A stretch of 64,000 bases of DNA from Eledone cirrhosa (taxonomy: Eukaryota), in the NCBI GenBank assembly GCA_964016885.1, contig OZ024747.1, forward strand, positions 63,798,001-63,862,000, given 5' to 3'. Positions within the stretch are counted from its first letter, which is position 1. Each line of letters opens with the position of its first letter. Under the pieces are notes generated by a model. The model was not told the origin of the DNA and did no database searches. It was given only the letters and a program-made list of their open reading frames with translations. A program made the position numbers and the translations under genes. Positions 12,639 through 26,215 of this stretch are shown here, in pieces.

Positions 12639-13124
12639 TTGGTGCTCTGGAATAGCGATATATATATGAATGTATATATAGTGTATTTTGCAATACACTG
12701 TATGCTTAATTAAAAGCATTTTGAAGACCTTAAAGTAGTGACAATGTCACTTACTTCTATTTTCAACAGTACGTGGCCTCTGTTGTCTGCCGTTTGTGTA
12801 CACAAACAGCAGACAACAGAGGCCACGTACTGTTCCTCTACCACTAAAGATTTTCCCCCTCGGAAAAACCCCCAGTTGATAGATGCGAAATCCGAAATAT
12901 AGGGACAATTAAATCTCTTCCAAGGTAACTCTATCTCGTGTTATTATTTTTACGCTCTTTCCTACATTCCTCTACACACTATACGTCTCATTCTACATTT
13001 CCTCTTACATCTCTCTCTTCACCACCAGATTCTGTTACCCGGAGATTTATCCATCTGCATTGTTGAGGCTTCCAAAATGACCAAATTATTTATTATTCCA
13101 CAATGCTTCAAGCAAACTTCAATA

Positions 13125-13180
<56 letters not shown>

Positions 13181-14344
13181 TACATAGATACACTTTAACA
13201 TTTTCTCAAGTGGCACAAACATGGCTTTTTAGCCCTGCCAAGGATTTATATTCCTTTCTGCATATGTATCCTGGAAAGGAACATCACTCAAGTGTAACAT
13301 ATCATTTACAGAGAGAGGGTGTTTAATGAACAAAGCAAATTCACTTCTGTAGTGTGCCTGAAGGAAGAGTGAATCTATTCTACAACTTTGATTTCTTCCA
13401 CCTGCCTCTCCCTCTTCCATCTTTGTTCCTCTGTATATTGTTGGAAACTAAGTCAGTTTCTTCTTCAGACTGTAACTGTAACTCCTTCCACCTGTCTCTT
13501 CCTCATCCATCTTTCTTCTAGTGTATATAGTTGTAAAATAAGTCAGTTACTTCTTAAGACAATAACTTCCATCTTTGTTCTACTGTTTATAGTTGTAAAC
13601 TAAGTCAGTTTTCACACAGATTAGTTCTAATTAATCATCTGAAAGGATTACTTTAGCAATGTCTATTATTCTAGACCCATTTATTTGCATGGTTTTGTAT
13701 GTTGGACATCTGATAGCAAAGATTGTTAAACAAGAATGGTAGTTCTCTAATAGATATTATCTTAAGGCGAAAATGTAACAACAACAACATTTTAACACCA
13801 TTTACCCCATTATCGACAGCACTTTGTGGAATAATAATTCTTCTGCTGCCGAGATTAATTTCTGTTAACTTAAGGAATCAACATTTTCTAACTTTCTTTC
13901 TCCATCTACAGAATTTCATTGTCATCACCATTTAGAGTTCTGTTTTCTTCGATGTGTTGTCAATATTCAAGCAGAACAATGACCTCTATACTGGCTGGGA
14001 GCTTGACTTATGATCCTGTGCCCTATCAAGTGCATATTATTGTGAAACCAACACTATAGATGTTGTCATCAAAAGGGAAGTGGTAATGTCCATAACACAG
14101 CTGAAAAGTCCTCCTAGTCCTTTGTTTAGCAGACTTCCCAGATATCTTTCCTATTACCAAAATTACAGAATGCATTGAATGCATTTATCATGTAATAATA
14201 ATTGTTTCTATTTTTGGCACAAGGCCAGCAATTATCCCAGTGCATTACTGGTACTTTATTATATCGACCGTAAAGGGCGTAACTCTATGCTGCAAAGCAT
14301 GGCATCCGACCCTCTACCGATACTGCCAATCCATATAATAATAA

Positions 14345-14660
14345 TGATAATAACGACAATTATTTTATACAGTGCTCAGGTACACTACAACTCATCAAAG
14401 GTGCATGTATAGTACATAGAATAATGTACAAATGTCAGGAAAGTGAACAGTGTATGAGTTAAGATATACACACATATAAACACACATACGTGCATGTGTG
14501 TGGAGGGGGAATATCAGGTGTAGTGTTGGCAAATTTTGGGAAGCATGGAAGTTTTGAAGGATGCATTGTCCCAACATCTAACTGCATCCTTCAAAACGTC
14601 CAAGCTTCCCGAAATTTGACAACAATACACCGCATATTCCCACTCCATATACATGCAGAT
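14345..14660 (-). mobile_element. CR1-like LINE tail with fold-back duplication
   Basis: CR1-like tail 14345-14580 followed by an inverted degenerate copy 14582-14656. Confidence 0.75.
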
Positions 14661-14769
14661 GTGTGTGTGTATATATGGATGGGGAATATCAGATCATCAA
14701 CACTTAGGTTATAAACACTGGAAGTTGTAAAAATAAAATTGATAAAGAAAGAATGTTTAATATTAATAG

Positions 14770-15455
14770 GTAGGGCAGTGGGTTGGCAGTATCGAGAGAG
14801 TATCAAACACCATCCATTGAAGCATAGAGTTATGGCCCTTCACATTCTGAGTTCAAATCCCACTGAGGTTAGCTTTGCCTTTCATCCTTGTTGAGAAAAT
14901 AAAGCACCAGTAATGCACTGGAGTCAATTTAATTGGGTTTCCCCTCCCCTTCAAATTGCTGGCCTTATACCTAAAGTAGAAGCAATATTAATAGAGGGTG
15001 GTGGATTGGCAGTATCGGTAGATGGTCGGACGCCATGGTTTGCAGCATAGAGTTACGGCCCTTTATGATCTGAGTTCAAATCCCGCCGAGGTTAATTTTG
15101 CCTTTCATCCTTACGGGGTCGATAAAATAAAGTACCAGTCACGCACTGGAGTCGATTTGATCAACTTTCCCCTCCCCAAAAATTGCTGGGCTTGTGCCTA
15201 TATAAGAAGTCAATATTAATAGGTGTCTTAGGGTGGTGCATTGGCAGTATCAGTAAAATGTTGGACAACATGCTTTACAGCATAGAGTTACGCCCCTTTA
15301 TGATCTGAGTTCAAATCCTGCTGAGGTTAGCTTTGCTTTTAATTCTTATGGGGTCATTAGACTTAAGTACCAGTAATGCACTGTTGCTGATTTCATCAAC
15401 TTTCTCCTCTCCCAAAATTGTTGGGATTGTGTCTAAATCAGAAACCAATATTAAT
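14770..15455 (+). mobile_element. Three tandem Meta-type SINEs
   Basis: Three successive head, central-domain and tail units. Confidence 0.85.
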
Positions 15456-15839
15456 AAGTGACTTTGTGATAAAAAGATATTCCTACAGCCGAGTGGTTTT
15501 GGGGTTCACCTGACTGCATGTCACCTTCAGATCATGTACAATTTCACTTGAGCTAGGAAAGGAATACATTTTTTAAACATTTTCTATGAAAAAAACAATG
15601 ATCTATCACCTGTGTAATCCAAGTTGACAGGACCCTGTGTAAGACACCCATATATATATATATATATATATATGTATGAATATATGTATGTATGAATGTA
15701 TGTGTGTATGTGCATACAAATGTATGTATGGATATATGTATGTACGAATATATGTATGTATGAATGTATGTATGTATGTGCATATAAATGTATGTACGAA
15801 TATATGTATCTGACTCTATTCAACCCCCAGCCTACTACT

Positions 15840-16498
15840 TCTGCCAACACCACCACCACCACTACCACCACCACCACCACCACCACCACAACCTCCATCA
15901 CCATCACCACCACCACGACCACCACAACCACAACCACCACCACTACCACTCCCACTCCCACCACCACGACGACGACCACCACCACCACGACTACCATCAC
16001 CCTCACTCACCACCACCACTCCCACCACCACAACCTCTACCACTCCCACCACCACCATGTCGACGACCACCACCACTACCACCACCACATCTCCCACCAC
16101 CACCACTACCACCACCACATCTACCACCACCACCACTACCACCACCATATCTACCACCACCACATCCACCACCACTACTATCACCACCACTACCACCACC
16201 ATTACTATCACCACCACTACCACCACCACCACTACCACCACCACATCCACCACCACCACTACCTCCACCACCACCACTACTACCACCACCACTACCACCA
16301 CCACTACTACCACCACATCCACCACCACCACTACTACGATCACCACTACCACCACCCCATTCACTACCACCACCACATCCACCACCCCATTCACTACCAC
16401 CACCACTACCACCACCATATCCACCACCACTACTACTACCACCACCACATCTACCACCACCACCACATCCACTACCACCACTACTACCACCACCACTA
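15840..16498. repeat. (CAC/TAC)n trinucleotide repeat
   Basis: About 650 bp of CAC-based triplets. Confidence 0.95.
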
Positions 16499-16678
16499 AG
16501 ATCTGTACAAAAGATCCCAACATAGTTTTCACTGTGAAATGTTGAGAAATTTCAGGAATTTTTAAAGCAGGAAAGAAATAAAGTAACCTGGATGAAAGTT
16601 CTAAGCATTGGTTGATATCTGTCACGTACCTTGTTATACAACCAGGTAGACATGTGCAGATATGTGTGTGTATGTGTT

Positions 16679-16717
<39 letters not shown>

Positions 16718-16749
16718 ATATATATTTGTATGTTTGTGTGTATACATAC

Positions 16750-17067
16750 ATCATCATCCTCATAATCATCATTTTATGTCCGCTTTTCCCTGCTTGCAAG
16801 GGTGGGACGGGAACTGATTCTGGCTTGATTTCTACAGCTGGATGCCCTTCCTAACCCCAACCTCATTTACAGTGAGTGCTGGGTGCTTTTTTGCTGTGGC
16901 ACCTCCACGACCACTTTGCAGTGGAATGATAGGGAGTTGAGTAAACTGGAGCAATGTGAAATAAAGTGTCTTGCTCAAGGAAACAACACATCACCCAGTC
17001 TGAGAATGGAACTCACAACCTTTCGCTTGCAAGACCAATGCTCTAACCACTAAGCCATGTGCCTCCA
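16750..17067 (-). mobile_element. CORE-type SINE with RTE-like (GAT)n tail
   Basis: Reverse complement of the 19541-19935 family. Confidence 0.85.
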
Positions 17068-17343
17068 CATACATATATATATATGTGTGTGTGTTGTGTA
17101 TGTCTGTGTGTATATGTATTTGTATGTATGTCTGTATATATATATGTATATATATCCGGGGAGTGTAACATGGAGTTACTGTAGGTTCACCCAGGTGAGT
17201 ACTCAATGTTTAGGTTCACGTCTGTAGCGAGATGTAGAGCTAAAAAGAGTGTAAATATAATAATACAAGGATGATTTGTTAAGCCTTCATTACATCTATT
17301 GATTGGTGATACGTGTTTCGTTATTGATCAGCCCAAGGTCCGA

Positions 17344-17377
<34 letters not shown>

Positions 17378-17612
17378 TGTCTCTCTCTATATATATACTC
17401 TTTTACTCTTTCACCTGTTCCAACCATCCGGCTGAGGCCATGCTGGGGCATCTCTGAGATCAGCCAAACTCATGGATGTTATCCAACCATCTTGCTTAAG
17501 GTCTCCTGCCAGTTGCTTTTGCCTGTTAAATCTGTCCAGCAATTCTTTCCCCACCCATACATACACACACATACATGCACACACACATGCACACACATAT
17601 ATACATATATAC

Positions 17613-17970
17613 TACAAGGGGGCTTCAAAATGTTCATGGACAAAGTACATAGCTAAAAGTTATATGCAGGGATTTTAATCTCAATGCACCTGTACATTCT
17701 CGTACTAACGTGTCATAACATGTTCTAACATGAAACCTTAAATGCATGTTGTAATGTGGCGCCACCACATTGGCAGAAGTCAGCACCCATTCAAGCAACA
17801 TGGCCTCCATTAAAACATCAAATTCATGGTGAAGCTAAGGTGGAAGAGCAGCCAAATCATTGACGCTCTGGGGAAAGTTTACAGGGTCAATACCTCAAAG
17901 AAATCAACAACCTGCAAAATGGATAAGTCATTTGAGAAGTGCAAGAGATGAGGTTGACGATGATCCCCAG
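17613..17970 (+). mobile_element. Hsmar2-like (irritans subfamily) mariner relic: left TIR and transposase N-terminus
   Basis: TA+CAAGGGGGCTTCAAAATGTTCATGGACAAA resembles the Hsmar2 TIR. 17815-17968 translates, with one frameshift, to NIKFMVKLRWKSSQIIDALGKVYRVNTSKKSTTCK/WISHLRSARDEVDDDP. Confidence 0.8.
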
Positions 17971-18263
17971 TTAAAGATGTTAAAATATTTGCTTTAACAT
18001 AGTTTTAAATCACATAGCCTCAGCTTTACTAAATGTAAAAAAATAAACTCATACAATGAAACAAACAACACAGTACAATGAAGAAATATATTAGTTTAAT
18101 GTTTAAAATAGTAAAAGAGTTTTTATATTTAGAAACTAGTTCTTCATCAGAAGATAGACTGAATAATAAAAGAGCAAATAGAAAGAGAACAGAAAGAAAT
18201 TTTTGAGAAAAAGAACATTTGTATTGAGTCAGACATTTAAGGAAAAAGAAATATATATATGTA

Positions 18264-18300
<37 letters not shown>

Positions 18301-18363
18301 ATTCCCGTCCAAACCCATGCTAGCGTGGAAGATGGACGTTAAACGATGATGATGATGATGATG

Positions 18364-18396
<33 letters not shown>

Positions 18397-18423
18397 CATG
18401 TATGTATGTATGAATGTATGTAT

Positions 18424-19450
18424 GTTCGTCTGGTTTTATAATTTCACAAATGTTTGCCAATAGAGAGAGAGTCGGTTTCTAACATTAATGGATTGTACTT
18501 GTAATTTCCTAACTAGTTATGTTCTTTCTGTTCCTGTGAAGCCCAGCTTCTCAAGATTTGTATTGAGGCAGTTACTAACATATCCCAGTGCCCCAATAAT
18601 CACAGGCATAAATCTGAAGGTATAATCAGGGTGGAGTATCTGCAGATTTCTCATCAGTTCTGCATAAATATTCTCCTTTTTGCTAATCTTTGATATTATA
18701 TTGGCATCTGCTGGGCAGCTAACTTCCACCATGCCTTCTTTTCCATGTTCCATATTATATCTGGTCTGTTATGCCTGCATTTTATTGGGGTTTTTACTGG
18801 AACATTCCATCAGTACTCTTTCATATTATGTATATGTATGTCTTTCTGTAGCTTTTAATGTGTTTATTATCGGGGCTATCTTTTCTACGGATTGCATCGT
18901 ACAGTGTTTTGGCCACTACATCATGCCTCATAGGTAGATAGTACCGCGATGACATCTATGGGCAGCTGCTTATGACATGGGTGACATCTTCGATGTTAAT
19001 TCTGCAGAGTCTGCACTTGTTATCACATCTAGGTGTTTTGCCTGCATCCCTATCTCTTTTGTGAATCAGGTACTTCATGTTGATTTCCTGTTCTTGGATT
19101 GCAAAAGCGTATCCTTCAAAGTGGGAGCCAATATAGCGGTTGTTGGTCCAAGATAGACTACTTTCTTTATCTATATTACTCTCACACTGAAGCTTCCTGG
19201 CAACATATCCATGCATGATTTTTTGCTGATAAGCATGCTGTTTTTCATCCATGGATTCACTGCGATACTGCTGAGCGACTTCCATGGGTGTGAGTTTTTG
19301 ATTATCTCACAGGGAATATCTCTTGAGGAGTTCCTTCCTAACTCTCATGATCTTATCTGTTTCATGCAGATAGACTTGCTCCAGAGACGGGCTTCTACGC
19401 TTCGAGGTTCGTAGATGTTGTTGGAGGGATATGATACGACATTCAAATGC
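18424..19450 (-). mobile_element. R4/Dong-like non-LTR retrotransposon 3' fragment (CCHC finger and restriction-like endonuclease)
   Basis: KIMHGY...ID...SLSW...EG..FAIQEQEI...CRLC..IEDVTHVISSCP...RHDVV, then VEVSCPAD..I..K...K..Y....PVIIGALG; has stops and frameshifts; ends in (CATA)n. Confidence 0.85.
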
Positions 19451-19540
19451 TATGTATGTATGTATTAATATATGTATGTATGTATATATATTAATATATG
19501 TATGTATATATATATTAATATATGCATTTATGTATATATA

Positions 19541-19935
19541 TGGAGGCATATGGCTTAGTGGTTAGAGCATTGGGCTTGCAATTGAAAGGTTGTGAGTTCA
19601 ATTCTCAGACCGGGTGATGTGTTGTTTCCTTGAGCAAGACACTTTATTTCACATTGCTCCAGTTTACTCAGCTGTAGAAATGAGATGATAGGGACTATGG
19701 TCCCTCTCATTCCACTGCAAAGTGGTCGTGGAGGTGCCATGGCAAAAAAGCACCCAACCCACATTGTAAATTGGACGTGTAGGCACCACGGAAAAAAAAG
19801 CACCCTCCACTCACTGTAAATGAGGTTGGTGTTACGAAGGGCATCCAGCTGTAGAAATCAAGCCAGAATCAGTTCCCGTCCCACCCTTGCAAGCAGGGAA
19901 AAAGCGGACGTAAAATGAAATGATGATGATGATGA
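19541..19935 (+). mobile_element. CORE-type SINE, full length, RTE-like tail
   Basis: tRNA head tggcttagtggttag...gagttcaattc, core ccttgagcaagacacttt, tail gcggacgtaaaatg(atg)n. Confidence 0.88.
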
Positions 19936-20054
19936 TAGATAGGTAGATTGATATAAATATATACACATATAAACATGAGACTCATTTCCTTTTATATCAA
20001 GTGTTAAACTAATATATATCTTCCTTGTACTGTACCATTTGATGTCTTAAGTTC

Positions 20055-20089
<35 letters not shown>

Positions 20090-20886
20090 CTTGTATATTC
20101 TCATGTATGCGTGCATACAAACATACACATGTATACAGATGCATATACTTACACACCTACAAACAAATAAAATGTATTGATCTGTTGTTGGTGTTAAAAT
20201 TAACATGACAATGAGAAATCGCCTGAAGGTACACAATTATTTCTGTAACTATTCTACAACTATTTCGACACAATCCTCAGCTATTTCTTCAGAAATACAT
20301 GACAAGCATCTCATGTTGTTCACTGTATATATTATTATTGTGACTCTAGCTTAGTTATGCCTGTATGATCAGGAAAATAGCTTGGCAACCACATTGTTTT
20401 GGGTTCTAATTCACTGTGTGGCAATTTAAACAAGTGTATTTTACTGTAGCCTTGGGCTGACCAATGCCTTATGAGTAAATACAGTAAATGGAAAACTTTA
20501 TGATAGCTCCCACACCATATTTATCTATATATCTATATATATACACAGATAAATCCACCAATTAATGGTAGGGTCCGAGCCGTATGAAGAACTCAATGTA
20601 ATATCCATATGTAGATGTTGTTAATCAAAGTTTAAAATACAAAATTTCAATGATATAATTCATTGGAAGCAGAGTTAAAATAATACAAATAGTGAAAACA
20701 AGGAAATTAAACAAAATACAGGTAATTCATAGTAAAACTCATTATCTATATATGTATATGTATATATATATATATTACAAGATGAAAAAAAAACGAGGTG
20801 TCCTAAACGAGTGAAAGTATAAGGAAAAACGATGAAATCGAAAATGCAACTGGACTCTTTTTTTATAAAAATATATATTTATTTGG

Positions 20887-20930
20887 TTCCTTTACCGGTT
20901 TCGCAGTTCTTCTGCTTTTCAAAAGTAGAA
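20887..20930 (-). ncRNA. Minimal type I hammerhead ribozyme motif, U3-A8 core variant
   Basis: Minus strand reads TTCTACTT-TTGAAAA-GCAG aagaa CTGC-GAAA-CCGG-TA-AAGGAA. Confidence 0.65.
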
Positions 20931-21027
20931 TTGAAATGGAGGGGTTTGTGGTTTTTCTCACATCTGGTTGGTGTTTGAATATTACTTCTGTTTTATATGG
21001 AAAAAAGTGGCTCGAATATATATATAA

Positions 21028-21366
21028 ATCATCATCATCATCATCATTTTACGTCCGCTTTTCCCTGCTTGCAGGGGTGGGACGGGAACTGATTCTGGCT
21101 TGATTTCTACAGCTGGATGCCCTTCCTAACACCAACCTCATTTACAGTGAGTGGTGGGTGCTTTTTTGCCGTGGCACCTACACGACCACTTTGTAGTGGA
21201 ATGATAGGGACCCCAGTCCCTATCATCTCATTTCTACAGCTGAGTAAACTGGAGCAATGTGAAATAAAGTGTCTTGCTCAAGGAAACAACACATCACCCG
21301 GTCTGAGAATTGAACTCACAACCTTTCGATTGCAAGCCCAATGCTCTAACCACTAAGCCATGTGCC
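21028..21366 (-). mobile_element. CORE-type SINE
   Basis: Near-identical reverse complement of 19541-19935. Confidence 0.88.
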
Positions 21367-21372
21367 TATCTA

Positions 21373-22410
<1,038 letters not shown>

Positions 22411-22420
22411 AACGAGTAGG

Positions 22421-22501
22421 ACCCCGACGGCTGAGCTCAAGCCGTTTCGACTAAATGAAAATTTTTATCCTGGTACATGAATAGCCGAGCTACTCAGGGG
22501 G
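22421..22501 (-). ncRNA. Degenerate extended type I hammerhead in the inverted pseudo-LTR
   Basis: Minus strand: CCCC-CTGAGTA-...-GAAA-CGGCT tgagctc AGCCG-TC-GGGG; core position 8 mutated and stem II partly deleted. Confidence 0.55.
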
Positions 22502-22777
22502 AAATTCCATATATGGTAAAAGTGATTGTCACAAGGATTGGTCAAAAGTTTGTTGTTAAGACACATAATTCTATCATGCCATTTTGTGGAAGGAAGGGGT
22601 AGCTGAACTTGCCAGTAGAAGAAAGAGGGAGAGAGAGTGGAGGAAACCCAGTCATGCGTTGATAGTGCCAACTACAGCAGAATCCTAAGGATAAGAGGTC
22701 AAAGAAGTATACTAGGAAGAGGGAGAGGGAGGAAGTCGAAACAATAAGTAAATCAATATGGAGTAAATATGGAGTAA

Positions 22778-23576
22778 ATCTCGTTTGTCCGCTAATGAGC
22801 AGATATTCGAGGAACATGTGCCTTATTACAACCAGGCCCTCAAACGGAGTGGCTTCCGGGAGGAAATATCCTACTGTCAGCTTCCATTAGCGGAACCAGC
22901 AGGCAACACCGCCGCTCACACAACGTAACATGGTTCAATCCTCCCCACAACACCGAGGTGACAACACCTATCGGGAAAATCTTCTTTAGGCTCATCGAAA
23001 AACACTTCCCACTACAACACCGCTACAACAACATAATCAACAAAAATACCATCAAACTCTCCTACAGCACCACACCTAACTTTGCACAAAACATTGTCTC
23101 CTCTAACAACAAAAAACTCAACCCCTATGGAAGAAATAACCTAAATAGCAGTGGAGAGCCGACCAGGAGGTGCAACTGTCCTGATGGATCCATTTGCCTC
23201 CTTGACAACAGATGCAGAGATCGTAATGTGATCTACCAGTGCAACGTGAGGACGGACACCTCCAACAAAGCTTATATAGGATTAATCGCTTGTGACTTCA
23301 AGACCCGGCTATACCAACACAGATATACTTTCCGAAACCCGGCCCGGCGTCACACCACCACACTTTCGGGCCACATCTGGGACCTCAAAGATAACAATAT
23401 GATCTCACTTGGAGCTTACTGTCCAGAGCCAACTCTTACACGGGAGGACGCCGTCCGTGTAATTCATGCTCGGAGGAAACATTACAAATGCTGTTTTCGA
23501 CGGACCAACTCCTAACAAGAAAGACGAACTGGTAACTGCATGCAAACACAGATTGCGTAGGACTTACCTAAATTAA
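22778..23576 (+). pseudogene. Penelope-like ORF remnant: RT thumb, linker and GIY-YIG endonuclease (frameshifted)
   Basis: SRLSANEQIFEEHVPYYNQALKRSGF.. / NVTWFNPPH..VTTPIGKIFFRLIEKHFP..IKLSYS..CNCPDGSICLLDNRC..NVIYQC..KAYIG..FKTRLYQH / TWSLL..SY..CNSCSEE.. / NKKDELVTACKH..*. Confidence 0.88.
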
Positions 23577-24201
23577 TTTTTAGTATTAAATTTTTCATAT
23601 ATATCGTACGAGCATTTATGTAGTTTGTATTAGAATTTATGTATCGTAGCGGTACTCTTATATATCGTATTAGTATTCATTTTCGGGATTCTGAATTATT
23701 ATTTCGCAGTAGTTTCTTTAGTATTTTGGCCCCCTTCTTGTTGACATGTCACTGTAAGATAGATTTGGACGATTACTACTAACTCATAAAATTCTTTCAC
23801 TACAATCTCGTATTTAGTATTCCGTCCCACCTATTACACTTTCCTGTAGTTTGGCAGTACCAGTGAGAGACTTGATGATTGTGGTAGGGCAATAGTAACC
23901 AGAAATTATTTTTTTATATTTTTAACATTTTTATTATTCTTCTATATATTTACTCCATATTGATTTACTTATTGTTTCGACTTCCTCCCCCTCCCCCTCC
24001 CTTGACCTCTTATCCTTAGGATTCTGCTGTAGTTGGCACTATCAACGCATGACTGGGTTTCCTCCACTCTCTCTCCCTCTTTCTTCTACTGGCAAGTTCA
24101 GCTACCCCTTCCTTCCACAAAATGCCATGATAGAATTATGTGTCTCAACAACAAACTTTTGACCAATCCTTGTGACAATCACTTTTACCATATATGGAAT
24201 T

Positions 24202-24297
24202 ACCCCCTGAGAAGCTCGGCTATTCATGTACCAGGATAAAAATTTTCATTTAGTCCAGAATTAGCCGTCAAAATGGCTTGAGCTCAGCCGTTGGGGT
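24202..24297 (+). ncRNA. Degenerate extended type I hammerhead in the 3' pseudo-LTR
   Basis: ACCCC-CTGAGAA-GCTCGGCTATTC...GAATTAGCCGTC-AAAA-TGGCT tgagctc AGCCG-TT-GGGGT; CpG-type changes relative to the left copy. Confidence 0.5.
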
Positions 24298-24388
24298 CCT
24301 ACTCGTTCCTATTACCCACTCTACTACCCTAAGTATTGAGTACTTTGGTGCGTTATGGTCCATCTGGTTCCTTACCACATTTCCTTTG

Positions 24389-24424
<36 letters not shown>

Positions 24425-24595
24425 GGTCATGAGAATATAATGATTTCACAGTTACACCGATGTACAGGTGAGCAATATCTAGAATTTCTAATCCAATGGG
24501 ATCTGTCAGAAAACATAATTTCCAAGTTTTTTCACAGTTTACCAATGTTTTCATCTGCATTTTGACATAGTCTTCAATTTCCCCAACACAAATCT

Positions 24596-25066
<471 letters not shown>

Positions 25067-25440
25067 ATATATATATATATTGTCAAGTTGTATATAATAA
25101 AAAAGGGAAGAAAAATTAATTTTCACATACATATTCGGAGAGGAGAATTCATTTCTCTGTAGTGTCTATCCTAATTTCTCTGATATATATATATATAATT
25201 TTTTCCTGAGTTCAGTCTTTTTCGTCGCTCTGGTCACTGAGGCCCGTCTATCGGTCGCTGTCTTCAAGTTGCAAAGCTGTCTAAACGTAATGTTATAACT
25301 TTACGGTTATATACCCTATTGAGTGCTTAGCTGTTTAGCTGCACACCGAGACTGCATTCATTAGCTTGGCTGCAACCAGAGCTTCGTTGATGCTGTACTA
25401 AATTTTGTATATATATATATTATATATATGTGTGTTTGTG

Positions 25441-25707
25441 TATTGAAAATAAAGTGAAGTTTGACATCAAGGTCTTTATTGATTATACATAGTTATGACT
25501 GTTACACAAATAGGGGGTGGCTCAGGATTTATATAAATGTTATAGATGAGATGTTCGCTTTGCTTGATTAAAAATTCTGAAGAGCAGATCAGGCTGGAGT
25601 TGGGTCTATAGCATTTATATAAATCCTGAGCCATCCACTTGTGAAACAGTTGTAACTATGTATAATCAATAAAGACCTTTATGTGAAACTTCGCTTTGTT
25701 GTCAATA
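25441..25707. repeat. Imperfect inverted repeat, about 105-bp arms and 60-bp spacer
   Basis: aaggtctttattgattatacatagtta / taactatgtataatcaataaagacctt and ggctcaggatttatataaatg / catttatataaatcctgagcc. Confidence 0.85.
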
Positions 25708-25944
25708 TATACACTCTGCCTTAGCATAGAGTGCTGATTTTGGTATTTGCCTCAGTAAACAACATATCTATTGAACCACCTATTATTATGTGTGTGTGTG
25801 TGTGTGTGTGTGTGTCAGTGAGTCTGTATGTCTGTATGTCTGTGTGTATGCATGTGTGTGGACACTGTAAAGTGTTAGTGCTGGTGCTTCTATAAAATCC
25901 ACACAACATACTCTTTAAGGTGACTAATGGTGTTGTAATAAAAA

Positions 25945-26215
25945 ATAATGAAATAATGAAAATATTGTGTACAGTGCTCAGGTGCACTACAACTCATCAA
26001 AAGTGTATGTATAGTACATAGGGTAATGTACAAACGTCAGGAAAATGAACAGTGCATGAGTCATGATATACACATGTGTGCATGTGTATGGAAGGGGGGA
26101 CATCAGGTGTAGTTTTGGCAAATTTCGGGAAGCATGAGGGTTTTAAAGGATGCAGTGTCTCGGCAGCTAACAACTGACGCAGGCAGTTTGTTCCATGCAA
26201 CTCTAAGCGTGAAAA
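25945..26215 (-). mobile_element. CR1-like LINE 3' fragment
   Basis: Same tail family as 1600-2000 and 26790-27545. Confidence 0.8.

Larger units (their letters stand above)
22408..24390 (+). mobile_element. 5'-truncated Penelope-like retroelement with inverted pseudo-LTR
   Basis: 22408-22770 is the reverse complement of about 23946-24312; the internal region encodes an RT thumb/linker and GIY-YIG endonuclease; (TA)n on both sides. Confidence 0.9.

Noticed and set aside
15584-16625. Poly-His, poly-Pro (extensin-like) and poly-Thr ORFs up to 269 aa
   Set aside because: (CAC)n repeat lacking stops by composition; no splice or domain evidence.
19541-19615. tRNA gene
   Set aside because: tRNA-derived SINE head continuing into core and tail; no complete cloverleaf with terminator.
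23865-23910. Hammerhead at cttgatga...ccagaaa
   Set aside because: U3 with G8 breaks the core pair and there is no convincing stem I or III.
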